From contig NW_024704742.1 of assembly GCF_018977255.1 (NCBI RefSeq), positions 70,310,001 to 70,374,000 of the forward strand: a stretch of 64,000 nt of DNA, written 5' to 3'. The position numbers and the translations under genes are program-made. Below the pieces are notes generated by a model. The model searched no databases and had not been told where the DNA came from. It saw only the letters and a program-made list of their open reading frames with translations. Position 1 is the stretch's first letter; the number at the start of each line of letters is the position of its first letter. Positions 12,625 through 26,031 of this stretch are shown piece after piece. This DNA comes from Callorhinchus milii. Its lineage: Eukaryota.

Positions 12625-13100
12625 AGAGACTCAACCAGAGAGAGCGAGATTGAGATTGAGAGAGAGAGATTGAGAGAAAGAGACAGAGACACAGAGCTGT
12701 AGATAGAGAGAGAGAGGCAGAGACTGAGAGAAAGAGAGAGAGATTCAAGGAAAGAAAGGGATCCAGAGACAGAAAAAAAGAGATTGAGAAGGAGAGAGAA
12801 AGAGAGAGAGAGAGAGAGATAAAGAGGCAGAGAGAGATAAAGAGACAAAGAGATAAAGGGACTGAAAGAGTCATTGAGAGAGAGAGGCAGAGAGAGATAG
12901 ACTAAGAAAAAGAGACTGAGATAAATAGACAGAGGGAGAGCAAGAGACCGAGAGGCTGAGAGAAAGAGAGACGGAAAGCGCAAGATAAAGAGTCAGAGGG
13001 AGACAAAGCGACTGAAAGAGTCAGTGAGACAGAAAGAGTTAGTGCGGGAGAGAGAGACACTGAAAGAGTCAATGTGTGTGAGAGAGAGAGACAGAGCACG
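12625..13100. repeat. GA-rich degenerate microsatellite
   Basis: Direct read; similar tract at ~52065-52270. Confidence 0.9.
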
Positions 13101-16100
13101 AGTCAGTGAGAGGGATTTCCCGGACTTTGGAATAAAGGGAACTACTGTAATTATTAAAAGGAAGCTGGACTTATGTTAACCAATCACTCAGAAAAGTGAA
13201 AGATAACTTGCTTTTTACAGTAACTCAAAACTGGGGGAAGAACTCTTCCCACTCAGCTCCTGTTAACCCTGCAAGCCAAAGGTCTAAAGGGTATGATAAT
13301 TCCTTCCAAAAAAATAATAATTTGGTCACTCAATCCACAACTGTTCGTGGGACACTGCTGTGCGCAATTGGCTGCTGTGTTTCATCCACAAAATATACAG
13401 TCAATTCACTTCACAGTATATTTTGTGAAGAACTTTGAGACGTCTCAAAGATGTGATAAGGTATTATATCAAATGCAAGGATTATTATTATTTATTATTG
13501 TCCTAAATGGACAAGCAGCAGGGAAGCTTGCCAGACATTGATATCAATGGCAAGCTATGTGGTTTTAGTTGGTTAGACTCCAGCAATTACCCCAACGCAC
13601 ACTCAGGGGTCCCCAAATCTTGTCTCTTGACAACCTGTGTCTAATGCCCTCCAGGATTAGGTAGCATTCCACCAATGTGAAAGGTGCTATACAAAGGTAA
13701 TTTGTTGTTGTTGTTGTTGTAAACAAAGGCTGACCCCCCTGGGTAGAGAGAGATAGAGAGAGAGAATTTCATTCCAAACAGAGGAGAAAATAATAACAAA
13801 AATAAATGATAATTGCATTTAGTTCAGCGGCTTTCATGTCAGGAAGACATCTCAAAGCACTTCACAGAATTTAATAATAATAATAATGCTTGCATTTGAC
13901 ACAGAACCTTATCAAGTCTTCGAGATGTCTCAAAGCGCTTCACAGGATATACGATAAAATGGTTTTGACTGTATTTTGTGGGCAAAACACGGCAGCCAGT
14001 TTGTACACAGCAGTGTTCCACAAACAGCCTTGGAGTGAATGACCACATTTTTTATTTGCGGGATTGTTGGCCAGGACATCGGGACAGAGAAACTCCCTTC
14101 TCTTTTCGAATACTGTAGGCCATTAGATCTTTAACATCCATCTAAACAGGCAGATTCAACATCTCACCTGAAGGATGGCACCTCCAACAAAGCAGTGCTC
14201 CCCTCAATCCCCCACCCCCCCAGCCCCCCACCCCATGCACTGCACTGAAGCATCAACAACAACATTCAAACAACAACAACTTGCTTTTACGTAGCGCCCC
14301 CTCACACTGGGTAGCATCCCAGAACACTTGGCAGTGGCGGAGCATAGCGCCAAACTGGGGGGAGGTGACTGTAGGCACAGTTGAAGAGGAAGGTCGTCAG
14401 GCGCAATCTGAAGATGGGGAAGGAGGGGGCAAGGTGGAGCGATTGAGAGAGAATTCCCAGTCCTAGTGGCTGAAAATGCGGCCACCGATAGTGGAACGCA
14501 GGCCAGTAGCCAAGACTGTGAGCTATGAATTAGAGAATGTGCGGGTTTGATCCCATAACCTTCTGACCCAGAGGCAACCTTCTACCATCGAGCCAGGATT
14601 ACACCTCGTGCAGGCTGAATTGCAACAAAAGTTCATATTGTGTAGATTAACTCCTTCAGAAAGAGAGCTGGATGTATCTGGTTGGGAACAGCATGGAAGG
14701 ATAGAGGGATAAGTGTGGACAGTGATAGCCTCGTATCTCCATGACTAGACCCATCTGTAGCTAGGGTTGATATCGGTCAGCCTGGCTCAGTCAGTAGTAA
14801 TCTCATATCTGAAGCAGCAGGTTGTGGGTTCAAGCCGCCACTTTGGGACTTTGAGCTCACAGTCTGGGCTGACGCTCCAACACAGTGCTCGGAGGGTGCT
14901 CGGGAGGTACGGGTGGGGGGAGATTGTTGCATTGTTGGAGGCACTTTTGGATGAGATATTAAACTGAGGTCCCATCTGTGCCCTGGACGCTAAAGTGTCC
15001 TGATCAACATTCCCCAAGATAAAATCAATCATTCAATGCATGGCTGTTTGTGGTGTGTTGCTGTGCACTAATTAGTTTCCACATTTACCCACAAAACATA
15101 CAGCGACTTCAGTTTACAGGAAAATCCTGTGAGGCACTTTGAGGCATCCTAACGTGAAATGCTCTGTATCCAATGCAACGAATATTATGTATGGATGTGC
15201 AGATTATTAGCTGGCAAGCTTCATTGTTGAGGAATTATTTAATACAGAGCTTTCCTGCAGGATATTACATGGGGGCAAATGAATGGGTTTATTGCACATG
15301 GTCAACTGCAGTGCAATGTGGTGTGTGTGTGTGTGGTGGTGGGGGTGTGTGTTCTGCATTGTCGGAGACACTGTCCTTCGGATGAGACGTTAAACTGTGG
15401 TCCCGTTTGTACCTATTCAGGGGACGTTAAAGATCTCACTGCTACTTGGAAAGAGAAAGAAATTTCTCTCTCCCGGTGTCCTGGCCAACAATCCCCCAGA
15501 TAAAATCACTCTGAGGCCGTTTATGGGATTTACTTAGTGCAAATTGGCTGGTGTGCCCGCCTTCAAACTACTTAAATACATACTTGACAGTAATAATCTG
15601 TGAAGCACTTTGAGATGTTTTGACATTAAAGGCGCTGTGTCAAACACGAGGATCTTTATGATTATTGTTATTATCATGAGTTTGATGGCCTGAAGAGGCT
15701 CCTTCCTCTTTCAATTTTGTTAATTTGTTGTCTTCGTAACACTCTCCCTGACAGAATTCAGATTGTTGGTTCAAGCATCATGTTGGGACTTGAGCTCAAA
15801 GTCTAAACTGACACTCCAGAGCAGTGCTGGGGAGAGTGCGGTATTCTCAGAGACACTGTCCTTTGGGTGAAACATTAAGCCGAGGTCCTGTCTGTGCTGT
15901 TCAGGTGGATGTTAAAGATCTCGAGGCACTATTTAAAAAGCTAAGGGAGTTGCTCTCTCCTAGTGTCCTGGCTGACAATCTCCCAGATACAATTGTTCAC
16001 TAACTCCATGGCTGTTTGTGGGACATTGTTGTTTGCAAACCGGCTGCCGCGTTTTACTACAAATTACACAATCACTCCACTTTACATTATAATAATAATA

Positions 16101-19100
16101 TAATAATAAAACAATCCTTGCATTTTGATATGCAAGGATTATTATATTATTATTATAACGTAAAGTGGAGGGATGTGTAATTTGTAGCACATTAAATCTT
16201 GTGAAGCTTTTTGAGACGTCTCAAGGACATGATAAGGCGCTGCATCAAATGCACAAATTATTATTAATAAATATAACAACACCTTGTGTTTATACAGTGC
16301 CTTTCACATACGGTAATGTCTCAGAGAATGTCATAGGGGCAGGTTTGGACCCTAGTTAGGAGGAAGGGGAGGTGCCCATAGGTGTGGTTGAAGAGGTATG
16401 TTTTAAGGTCGGATAGATAGAGAGGAGATGAGGTGGAGGGATAGTTGTTTGGGGCGTAATGGCTGAGGTTAGAGACCTGGGATAACACACAGCAGGCCTG
16501 TAATAGCTGAGTGTGATACAAGCAGATCAGGCAGACGTGGAGTTGCTGTGTGTGAGGGGATTTATATATAAGCGCGTTGGTGATGGGGACAGAAAGCATG
16601 GCAGGAGAAGACAACTAAACAGAGAGCTCTTTCAACAAACCAGCACTGGCTCAATGGGCCGAATAGCCTCGTTCTGTGCTATAAATTTCCATGGTTTACA
16701 GCTTCTAACTGAGTGAAACCTTGTTAGTACAACAACAAGAGCAACAAAATTACACTTGTATAGCGCCTTTCATATATGAGGAAGATCTGACCACATTGTC
16801 AGAATAAGCAGTACAGAGTTTCAAATGGGAAACAGACAAGGACAAATATCTTTGCCAGAAGGGTGGCTGAGGCCAAGACACTAGGACTCATTTAAAAAGC
16901 AGTTTGATGCTGTGATTGGGGGACGGTGGAGTGGGTGTTCTGGAGAGATGAGGTCAAAAGGCTGACGGGCCTTCTTCATCTGAACTAATCTTGTGATATT
17001 GTGAGGGCTTTTCTGTGAGTCAGTCTTATCTCAGTCGACTTTAGTTCAGAGGGTTGTGGGAAGCCTCATATCAGGACTTTGAGCTCACAGTCTAGGCTGA
17101 CACTCCAATACATTGCTGGGGGTGGGGGCTGCATTGTGGGAGATAAACCATGAGAAGCTAAACCCAGCTACCTGTCTGTGCCCTGTTCAGGTAGACGTTA
17201 AAGATCCTACAGCGTTACTTGAAAAGAGAAGGAAGTTTCACATTTTTCCGATGTGAAAGGTGCTATACACATGTAATTTGTTGTTGTTGTTGCTGTTGTT
17301 ATATCAAATGCAGGCATTATGATTATTAATAGTAATAAACCCTGTGAAGGGCTCTGAAATGTGCTTACGACATGAAAGGAACTGCATCAAATTCAAGGAA
17401 CTTAATCAGTTGCTTCTGAACCTTTCTCTGTTTTGAAGAGAACAGCCCTGTTTCCTCTGGTTTGTACGAAGATGTAACCAGCTTAGACTCTACATTTGCA
17501 AGCCGGGAAGTCTGGTTGCACTTTCAAAGCAATGCAAAGATTCAATGCAAACATAGAGCAGAGGAATGAGAGAGTTTATTTTTGGGATGGGGGCTGGCAT
17601 AACAGACAGACAGGATGCACGTGGTTCAGTGAGTGTGAGGAAGCTCAGCTTGTGGTTGCTTTGCTTGTATGTATTCTTCAGAGCAGAGTGTGTGTTCATG
17701 CATGTGTGTGACTGGCCTCGCTTAAATCCAGACCAAATTATTGTAACTCGCCTACAAAACACACAGTGATTACACCTTGTGGTACCTCTTGTGAAGCACT
17801 TTGAGACGTCACCCCCTACATGAAAGGTGCTGTATCAAATGCAAGAATGATTATTGTTATCGCTACGAAGAGAGATTGGAGAAACAGAAGGTTCAGAGGG
17901 CAGTTGCTAAAGGTGTACAAAATGATACGATGATAATAATAATAATCCTTGCATTTGATATAGCGCTTTATCACATATTTGAGACGTCACAAAGCGCTTC
18001 ACAGGATATATTGTAAAGTTAATTGACTGAATATTTTGTGGGTGAACGCAGCAGCCAACTGCACACAGCTGTTTCCCACAAACAGTGGTGGATTGAGTGA
18101 CCAATTATTATTTTTATTTTTTTTTGAAGGGATTATTACCCCCAAAAAACAAATCGACTAACAACCGTGTTCCTACTTACTGCTAGGTAAACAGAGGATT
18201 GTGGAGAAAGTAAACTTGCCTAAGATTTCGCACTGCCCAGGAATCAAACCCAGGTCCTCTCATTTGCGAGGCGAGGGATCTAACCAATACGCTAATGAAC
18301 ACATAAGAGGTTTTGACAGGGAATAGGGAGAAATATAGAGAAACTACTATATAAATAGGGAGAAATTACTTCCACAAGTAGGGAAGTCAGTAACTAAGGG
18401 CCATAGTTATAAGAAAGTGAAATGAGAATTTAGGAGAATTTTTTTTTGCCTGCAAAACACACAGTCACTACACTTCACAGTAAACGCTGGGACACCCTCC
18501 TGACTTGAAAGGCGGTGTATCATATGTAAGAATTTTTTTAAATTATTATTAGTAAATTTTGTTTTAAAATTTAAAATCATGCAGAATCTTTTAATTAAGT
18601 CTTAATTAATAGGCCTACAACAATTGCAGACAGTTCTCCTGTTCTCAGTCTATTTCAAAATATAAATTATTGGTCTTGGCTATGAAACCGGCTGCCACTG
18701 GATTTGGTCATGTTATTCCTTCTCTCCATGCCCACTGCATCCATGTCTGCAGTCTCTCTTCCCAACCATGTCTGCAGTCTGTCTATGATTACAGTGGTGA
18801 GACATCACCTTGTTGACGAGTATCAACAAGATAATAATAATCCCTCCAAAAAAACCAAAAAACAATAATAAAAAAAAAATTGGTCATTTTCAATCTACGA
18901 CTGTTTGTGGGACATTGCTGTGCGCAATTGGCTGCCGCGTTCGCCCACAAATATACAGTCAATTCACTTTACAGTGTGTTCTGTGAAGCGCTTTGGGACG
19001 TCCTCCCGACGTGAAAAGCGCTATATCAAATGCAAGGATTATTATTATTATTATTATTAATTTGCACAGATTATTATTATTGCTTTTGAAATAGGACTTA

Positions 19101-20779
19101 TAATTTTACAAAATCTCAAAGCACTTCCCAGACAATACAATGAAATTTATTTATATAGCACCTCATGTCAGGAGGATGTCTCAAAGTGCTTCTTGGCATG
19201 AATAGGCAATTACTGTAAAGTACAGTGATTGTGTATTTTGTAGGTGAATGCGGCAGACAATTTGGCAATAGCAGTGTGCCACAAACAGCTATGAAGTGAG
19301 TGACCAACTTTACCTGTGGATTTGTTAGCCAGGAGAAAGGGAGAGAAAACTCCCTTATTTTTAACATCTGTGTGAGCAGGCTCAGAAGGGACCTCGGTCT
19401 AGCATCTCATGCACAGGACTGACTTTTGATAATGGAGCGCTCCCCTCCAGCACTGCACTGTAACGTGAATTCAAAGCCTTGGTGTGCGGTTTGAACCCAC
19501 AACCTTCTAACCCAGAGCCACGCTGACACTGCAATGATTTATTTATTGCTTCAGAACAAATGTTGCTAAGTATATTTAGAAAGAATGTGGGCTGATTGAA
19601 ATAATTGCCTGCTAGACATACAATGCACTGTTACGTGCCTTTCCTTGATAAAATTCTCCTACAGAGAAATAATCTCTGTATGTGTTGGCTTGAAATCTGC
19701 TCCAACAACCCTGAAAAGATTAGACATAGAGTTTTTCAGGGCAGAAGGAGGCCATTCAGCCCATCGCATCTATGCTCGACCCTACCCTCACCTCCTTCAA
19801 AGGTTCTCCTCAAGAGCTTCCTCTTCGATCTGGCTTTCGGCTATCTTTGCTCCCCCCACCTGCCCCCCATTTCTTCAGCCATCACCCTGAGCTCAGGTGT
19901 AAACCTTTGATTGTCCAGTGCCTTGAGACATCCTCCTGATTTGAAAGATGCTATATATATATATCAATTTGTATTGTAGTGGTTCTTTGAACAAACTCTC
20001 CATTTAGTCCCACTCCCCTGCTCGTCCCCTTTACTCTCCCCCGAACCCCCCAACAGAGTTGCAAAAGGCAATAAAGTTGCAAAAAGGCAATTTCAGGACC
20101 GACACCAGGAAGTATTTCTTCACCCAAGGGGGTAACTAACAACTGGATTGGGGGAAATCAAGACAGGTGGCTGATAAAAAGTAGTTTGATGCTGTACTTT
20201 ATGGATGAATGTGGTGGAATTCTGGGCTGCAGCAAGTTCTTACTGAACATGGTCTGGTCTTAGTTTCGCTTCTGTGGCTGAAACTAAGTAGTTACTACTG
20301 TTATAGAAGAGGATCTATTATAGGACACTACTGTTTTGAGCATCTCTGACAATACAATGCTCCATCTAGCATTGCACTGGTGCGTCAGCCCAGAATATAC
20401 AAGTACAGGTTTCTGTTTGTTGGATGGCCCATAAATTCTGATTTGGGGATTTTTATCGTTATTAAACAGCCAATAGCAGGATTATATCTTTCGTGCATAT
20501 TGCATTTTGTATACTGTACGCCATAGAGTGTAATGATTATATCAGCCTGGATCAGTCGGTAGCACTCTCACCTCTTCATGACGTTTGTGGTGACATTGCT
20601 GTATGCAAATCAACTGATGTGTTCACCTACAAAACACAGTCACAAACTTTCTAATAAATAAATTCTGTGGAGCGCTTTGAGACATCCTCCTGGCACGAAC
20701 GTTGCTGGGTTAAATGCAAGGATTACTTTTTACATGACTGCGCATTTGTAAATGAGCACGGCAGTCAATTTGCGCTATG

Positions 20780-21330
20780 TGAACAACAGCAACAATTACA
20801 TTTGTATAGCGTATGTCAAGAGGACATCCCAAGGCACTGAACAGTCAGGGATCTGCACCAAAGCTGGTGGTTGGGATCAGGAGAGGTGGAGGGCAGGGAA
20901 GGTATGAGTAGGAGGGTGATCGAAGGCGCGATCACAGAGGAGGATCTTGAGACGGGTCTTGAAGGAGGCAAAGGAGGGAGTTAGCTGGAGCAACTGTGTG
21001 ATGGAATTGCCAGAGGGTGGGGGCAGAAAGGCTGAAGGCCCTCCTGCCAATCGTGGGGCGGGCATGGTGAGGGACGTGAAGCAGGCCGGAGCTCACTGAG
21101 CGCAGGGATCGGACAGGTTGGTAGGGGATTAAGACAGAGGTAGGGAGAAGCAAAGCCGTGGTGGGCTTTAAAGGTGAGGACCAGGATCTTGAACTGTATC
21201 CCCTGAGCGATGGAGAGCCAGTGGAGTTGGGTGAGGGTGGGGGTGATGGGGTCACAATGCCTGGTACAGGAGAAGACACGGGCTGCAGAGTTTTGGATAA
21301 TCTGCAGCCTGTTGAGGGTGGAGTTGCCCA
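20780..21330 (-). mobile_element. L2 LINE 3' fragment
   Basis: LQIIQNSAARV..PITPTLTQLHWL..FKILVLTFKA; (GTT)n-type tail near 20782. Confidence 0.85.
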
Positions 21331-22039
21331 CTTGCAAATCAGTTTTTGTGCTTAGACTAACTTTCAGGGAAAGACCGATGGACTTCCTTTTCCATTTCCA
21401 TTTCAGTGATTCTTGGAAACTTCTGGGAATTATAGCCTGCTAGAAGATAAGACAGCACAGCACATGACCAACAATCCTTCCCTGAGAGAAGGAAGGAAAT
21501 TGGGATTTCAAATCATGAAACTATTATAATTTAATGCTATTTATTGTATTTTGATTTATTTGAAATGCCAAAAGGGTTGATGAGGTGAACATTGATGGGT
21601 TGTTGGTGAGGCTATAACTAGAGGGCGTAATACAAGATGGTGAGTAACAGATCTCATTGGTAGTTTAGGAGGAACTTCTTTACACAGGGGGTGGTGAGAA
21701 TGTGGAACTGACTGCGGGAAGCTGTGGTTGAAGCAGAAAAATACATTAGAATATACAGCAGAGAGACAGGCCATTCAGCCCAACTGGTCTATGCCCGTGT
21801 TTATGCTCCACGTGAGCCTCCTTCTGCCCTTCCTCAACTAAGACTTCAAGCATAACCTTCTATTCCTTTCTCCTGCATGTACCTATCGAGCTTCCCCTTC
21901 AATACATCTATGCTATTTGCCTCAACAACTCCTTGTGGTAGCAAGTTCCACATTCCTTGTGTGAAGAAATTTCTTCTAACTTCCCCATTTGATCAGGCAA
22001 CATCAACCTCCATGGTTGCACACTTCAACTCATCAAGCC

Positions 22040-22775
22040 AGTCAGGAACCTAAGGTGTCTTGTTCGACCCTCAACTGTCTTTTCTTCCCCACATCCAAGC
22101 CATGACCCGCTCTGCCTTCCCTCACCTCTGTAATATCGCCCGACTCCGCCAATACCTCACCCCTCAGGCCGCTGAAACTCTTGTTCATGCCTTCATCACC
22201 TCCAGGCTCGACTATGCAAACGTCCTGCTTGTCGGCCTTCCCAACGCCTCCCTCCACAGGCTGCAGATAATCCAGAACTCTGCAGCCCGTGTCCTCTCCC
22301 GCATCAAACTCCGTGACCCCATCTCGCTCGACTCCATTGGCTCCCTATCCTTCAGAGGATCCAGTTCAAAATGCTGGTCCTCACCTACAAAGCCCTCAAT
22401 GGTCTCGCCCCACCCTATGTGACCTCCTAACCCCCTACCAACCTGCCTGCTCCCTCTGCTCAGCCGGCTCTGGCCTGCTCCACGTCCCCCAACCCACTCG
22501 CCCCACCATTGCCGGGAGAGCCTTCAGCCACTCTGCCCCCAACCTCTGGAACTCCATCCCCCAATCACTCTGCCTCGCCCTCTCCTTAGCCTCCTTCAAG
22601 TCCCGCCTCAAGATCCTCCTTTTCGACCATGCCATCGGCCAACCCCCTTCCCCTCCCTTCCTTTCTCCCCCCTGACCCCAGCTCAGCTCTGAAATGCTGT
22701 TCGCTGTCCAGCGCCTTGGGACATCCTCCCGACATGAAAGGCGCTATACAAATGTAATCCTGTTGTTGTTGTTGA
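22040..22775 (+). mobile_element. L2 LINE 3' fragment
   Basis: ETLVHAFITSRLDYAN..LQIIQNSAARVL and GRAFSHSAPNLWNS peptides; (GTT)n tail. Confidence 0.88.
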
Positions 22776-22779
22776 TCTA

Positions 22780-23260
22780 TTTGTACTATTTTACATTGAT
22801 GGCCCCTGGTTTTGGTCTCTCCCACAAGTGGAAACATCTTCTTTATGTCTACCCTATCAAAACCTTTCATAATTGTAAAGACCTCTATCAGGTCATCCCT
22901 TACTCTCCTCTTTTCAAGAGAAAAGAGTTCAAGCTTGTTCAGCCTTTCCTGATAGGTATAACTTCTCAGTTCTGGGATCATCCTTGTGAATCTCCTTTGC
23001 ACCCTCTCCAGTGCCTCCACATCCCTTCTATAATGTGGGGACCATAACTGCACACAGTATTCTAAGTGGGTTCTAACCAAGGTTCGAAAGAAGTTTACCA
23101 TAACTTCCCTGCTTTTCATTTCTGTCCCTCCCAATGTCTGGTTTGCCTTTTTTATGGCCTTATTAACCAGCATTGCTACTTTTAGTGAATTGTGTATGTG
23201 TACTCCTAGATCCCTTTGCTCCTCTACCCCATTTAGATTCTTATTTTCCAGGATGAATGT
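22780..23260 (-). mobile_element. CR1 LINE 3' fragment
   Basis: ORF 22586-23173: LVRTHLEYCVQLWSPH..LERVQRRFTRMIP..DLIEVF..TRGH. Confidence 0.88.
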
Positions 23261-25947
23261 GACTTTTGGCTGCCGTGTTCATTCAAAATATTTAAGAGGA
23301 AATCTGATGCATACATAAGGAAGAAGGGTGTAGGAGAGGGGAATAGGAGGCTTGTGTGGGACTATAAATATTGGCACAGACTAGTTGGGCAAATGGCCTG
23401 TTTCCATACTGTACAGTCTCTACAATTAATATTAATAATAATAATCTTTGGATTTTATACAGTGCCTTTCATATTGGGAGGACATCTCAAAGGATATACA
23501 CTTCATGGGATTTACTATAAAGTATAGTGACTGTGTATTTCCCATTTGTCAGCCTGACTCAATTGGTAGTGCTCTCGCCTCTGAGTCAAAGGGTTATGGG
23601 TTCTCGCCCCATGTCAGGATTTTCAGTCTAGGCAGACACTTTAATGCAATGTTTGATGTGTGCTGCATTGTCGGAGGTGCCATCCTTCCGATGAGACGTT
23701 AAATCCAGGTCCACGTCTGAGCTTGTTCAGGTGGATGTTAAAGATCCCGCGGCGCTACTTGAAAAGAGGAGTTTCTCTCTCTCGATGTCTTGGCTGACAA
23801 TCCCCCAGACTAAAATTGATCAGTCACTCGATGGCAGTTTATGGGACATTGCTGTGAAATATTATAATGCACTTTGAGACGTCTTGCTGACGTGAAAGAT
23901 GCTGTGTATATATTCTGTGAAGCCCTCTGAGACGTCCAGCGGCTTGGGCCATGCTCCCGACGTGAAAGGAGCTATACAAATGTAATTTTGTTGCTGATGT
24001 TTGTTGTTGTTGTTGTCCTCAATGACGTAATCAAATGCAAAGATTCTTCTTCTTAGTTATTTAATCAATTCCTGTGAGAGAGACACTTACTCAGCGCCAA
24101 CCACAGTGATAGGAGTGAATTATTGTTTCACTCTCTTTCTAATACTTCTCTGCTTTATTTTGTTTGTAATTTTAAATTACATCCCTGAACTTCCAGCATC
24201 TTTGAGTTGGTGGGGCTCCAAGGTTACACGTTTGGCAATGGAATGTCGGAATCGAATCAGCCCTCTGTGATGGTCTCTATTCCGGTTCCTGCGTCCGCAG
24301 TATCCCAGGGCATTGCACAGCCAGCCTGGCTCATCATTAGGACTTGGAAGGATAGAACAGTCACTTGGGGCACGGAATCCTCCCACTTAGCTCTTGTTAA
24401 CCCTGAAAGTCAAAGCCCTAATGAGTAGGATGGACAAGCAGGGGGACAGCTTGCCAGACAGTGCTATCTATGGCAAGCTGTGCAGTTTTAGCTGGTTAAA
24501 CTCCAGCAGTTACCCCAACACATACTCCGGGGACCCCAAGCCTTGACTCATGCCAACCAGCGCCTCTTACACTCCGGATGGGAAGGGTGGCCTAGTCTTT
24601 GTCGAGTCTTCACCTCAAGGACCTTCGAAACACTTCCCACCAAAACTGCCCCCCAGCCCCACCACCTCAGACTTGCTTACTGTCTCCTTATCTAGCCTGC
24701 TTCTTAGCCTTGTCCTTCCTCCCCTCCTGTTGGGCCTCCCTATAGTCTTCTCCACCTCACATTATGCTCTAAATACTCACCAGAAATAGTGGCCCCTTCC
24801 TTCTCAGGATGGGGAAGCTACAGTAAGGTTAGTGAGCATAGTAAGCCCTCTGGTTTGGAGCCCAGCCTGAGACTTCCTGCTCTGGCCAGTAAATAACTGA
24901 CTTCAGTCAGAATTATGCGACCGACTAAAACTTTAAAACCTGTTGGCTCCCTCTGCTAGGTGGGCACTGATCTGCTCCATGTCCCCCACCCTGCCGGCTC
25001 CACCATCGGCAGTCGTAACTTCAGATCTTGCTCCTCCACCCTCTGGAACTCCATCCAAGAGCTCCACCTCGACCTTGCCTCCTTCAAGGCCTGTCTTAAG
25101 ACTTTTCTCTTTGACTGCACCTTCAGTCATCTTCCCATCTTCAAACCCCCTTGCCCTCCACCCCTCTTGACTCCAACCCCCAGCTTGGGTGCAAATCCTT
25201 CACTGCCTTGGGATGTTTTTCGATGTGGAAGGCACTGTATAGATGCAATTTGTTGTTGTTGTTATGTTCTAAAAATCCAATCGATATAAATACCCTTGGT
25301 CTCTTATCCAACTCCATCCCATCAGTCACAGGTACAGGGAGTTCTGTAGTGTAGTGGTTAATGTGCCCACCTCCCAAGTGAGAGGAGACGGATTTGATTC
25401 CCAGGCAAGTTTCCTTACTCCACACACCTCTGTTTACCTAGCAGTAAGTAGGAACCCAGTTGTTAATAGATTGGCGGATCGCTTTCTGGGGATAATAATC
25501 CTCCAAAAAATGATCAAAAAATGTGGTCACTCAATCCATGACTGTTTGTGGGACACTGCTGTATGCGATTGGCTGCCGCATTTCGCCCACAAAATATACA
25601 GTCAATTCACCTAAAAATATATTCTGTGAAGCGCTTTAAGACATCTCAATGATGCGATAAGCTGTTATATCAAATTACTATTTATAGGATTATTATTATT
25701 CCCTTTCGGCCCCTGGTTACTTGGGCGCCAGTCAGGAGTGCCAAGCGCTTTGAGACATCCTCCCCACTTGAAACGCTCTGTTTAAGTGTCAATTGTATTA
25801 TAAATTGATTACTCTTTTGATCTCCCCCCCCCATACACACACAATAACAAATTTGCAACTTGATTCAAATGCCAATCAACGAGGCAGATTTTGTTTTTCT
25901 TAGGCTAGGGAGAGACATTTAATATTCTTCTTCTATTCTCTTCTCAG

Positions 25948-26031
25948 CTGTGTGGAATTTTGTGGCTACAAACGAGAATCACCTCTCTCTTCTGATCGGA
26001 GACACAGTACACATCCAGCACGCCTGTGAAG
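25948..26031 (+). CDS. DOCK2: DOCK2-like exon 2 (SH3; AVWNFVATNENHLSLLIGDTVHIQHACE)
   Basis: Pyrimidine tract + CAG acceptor, GTGAGT donor, 84 nt, phase 1/1; LSL.IGD.V.I SH3 motif. Confidence 0.93.

Noticed and set aside
10051..25947. Nested gene in the large intron 1 (e.g. INSYN2/FAM196-type)
   Set aside because: No non-repeat ORF with recognisable homology; such nested genes lie in later DOCK1/2 introns.
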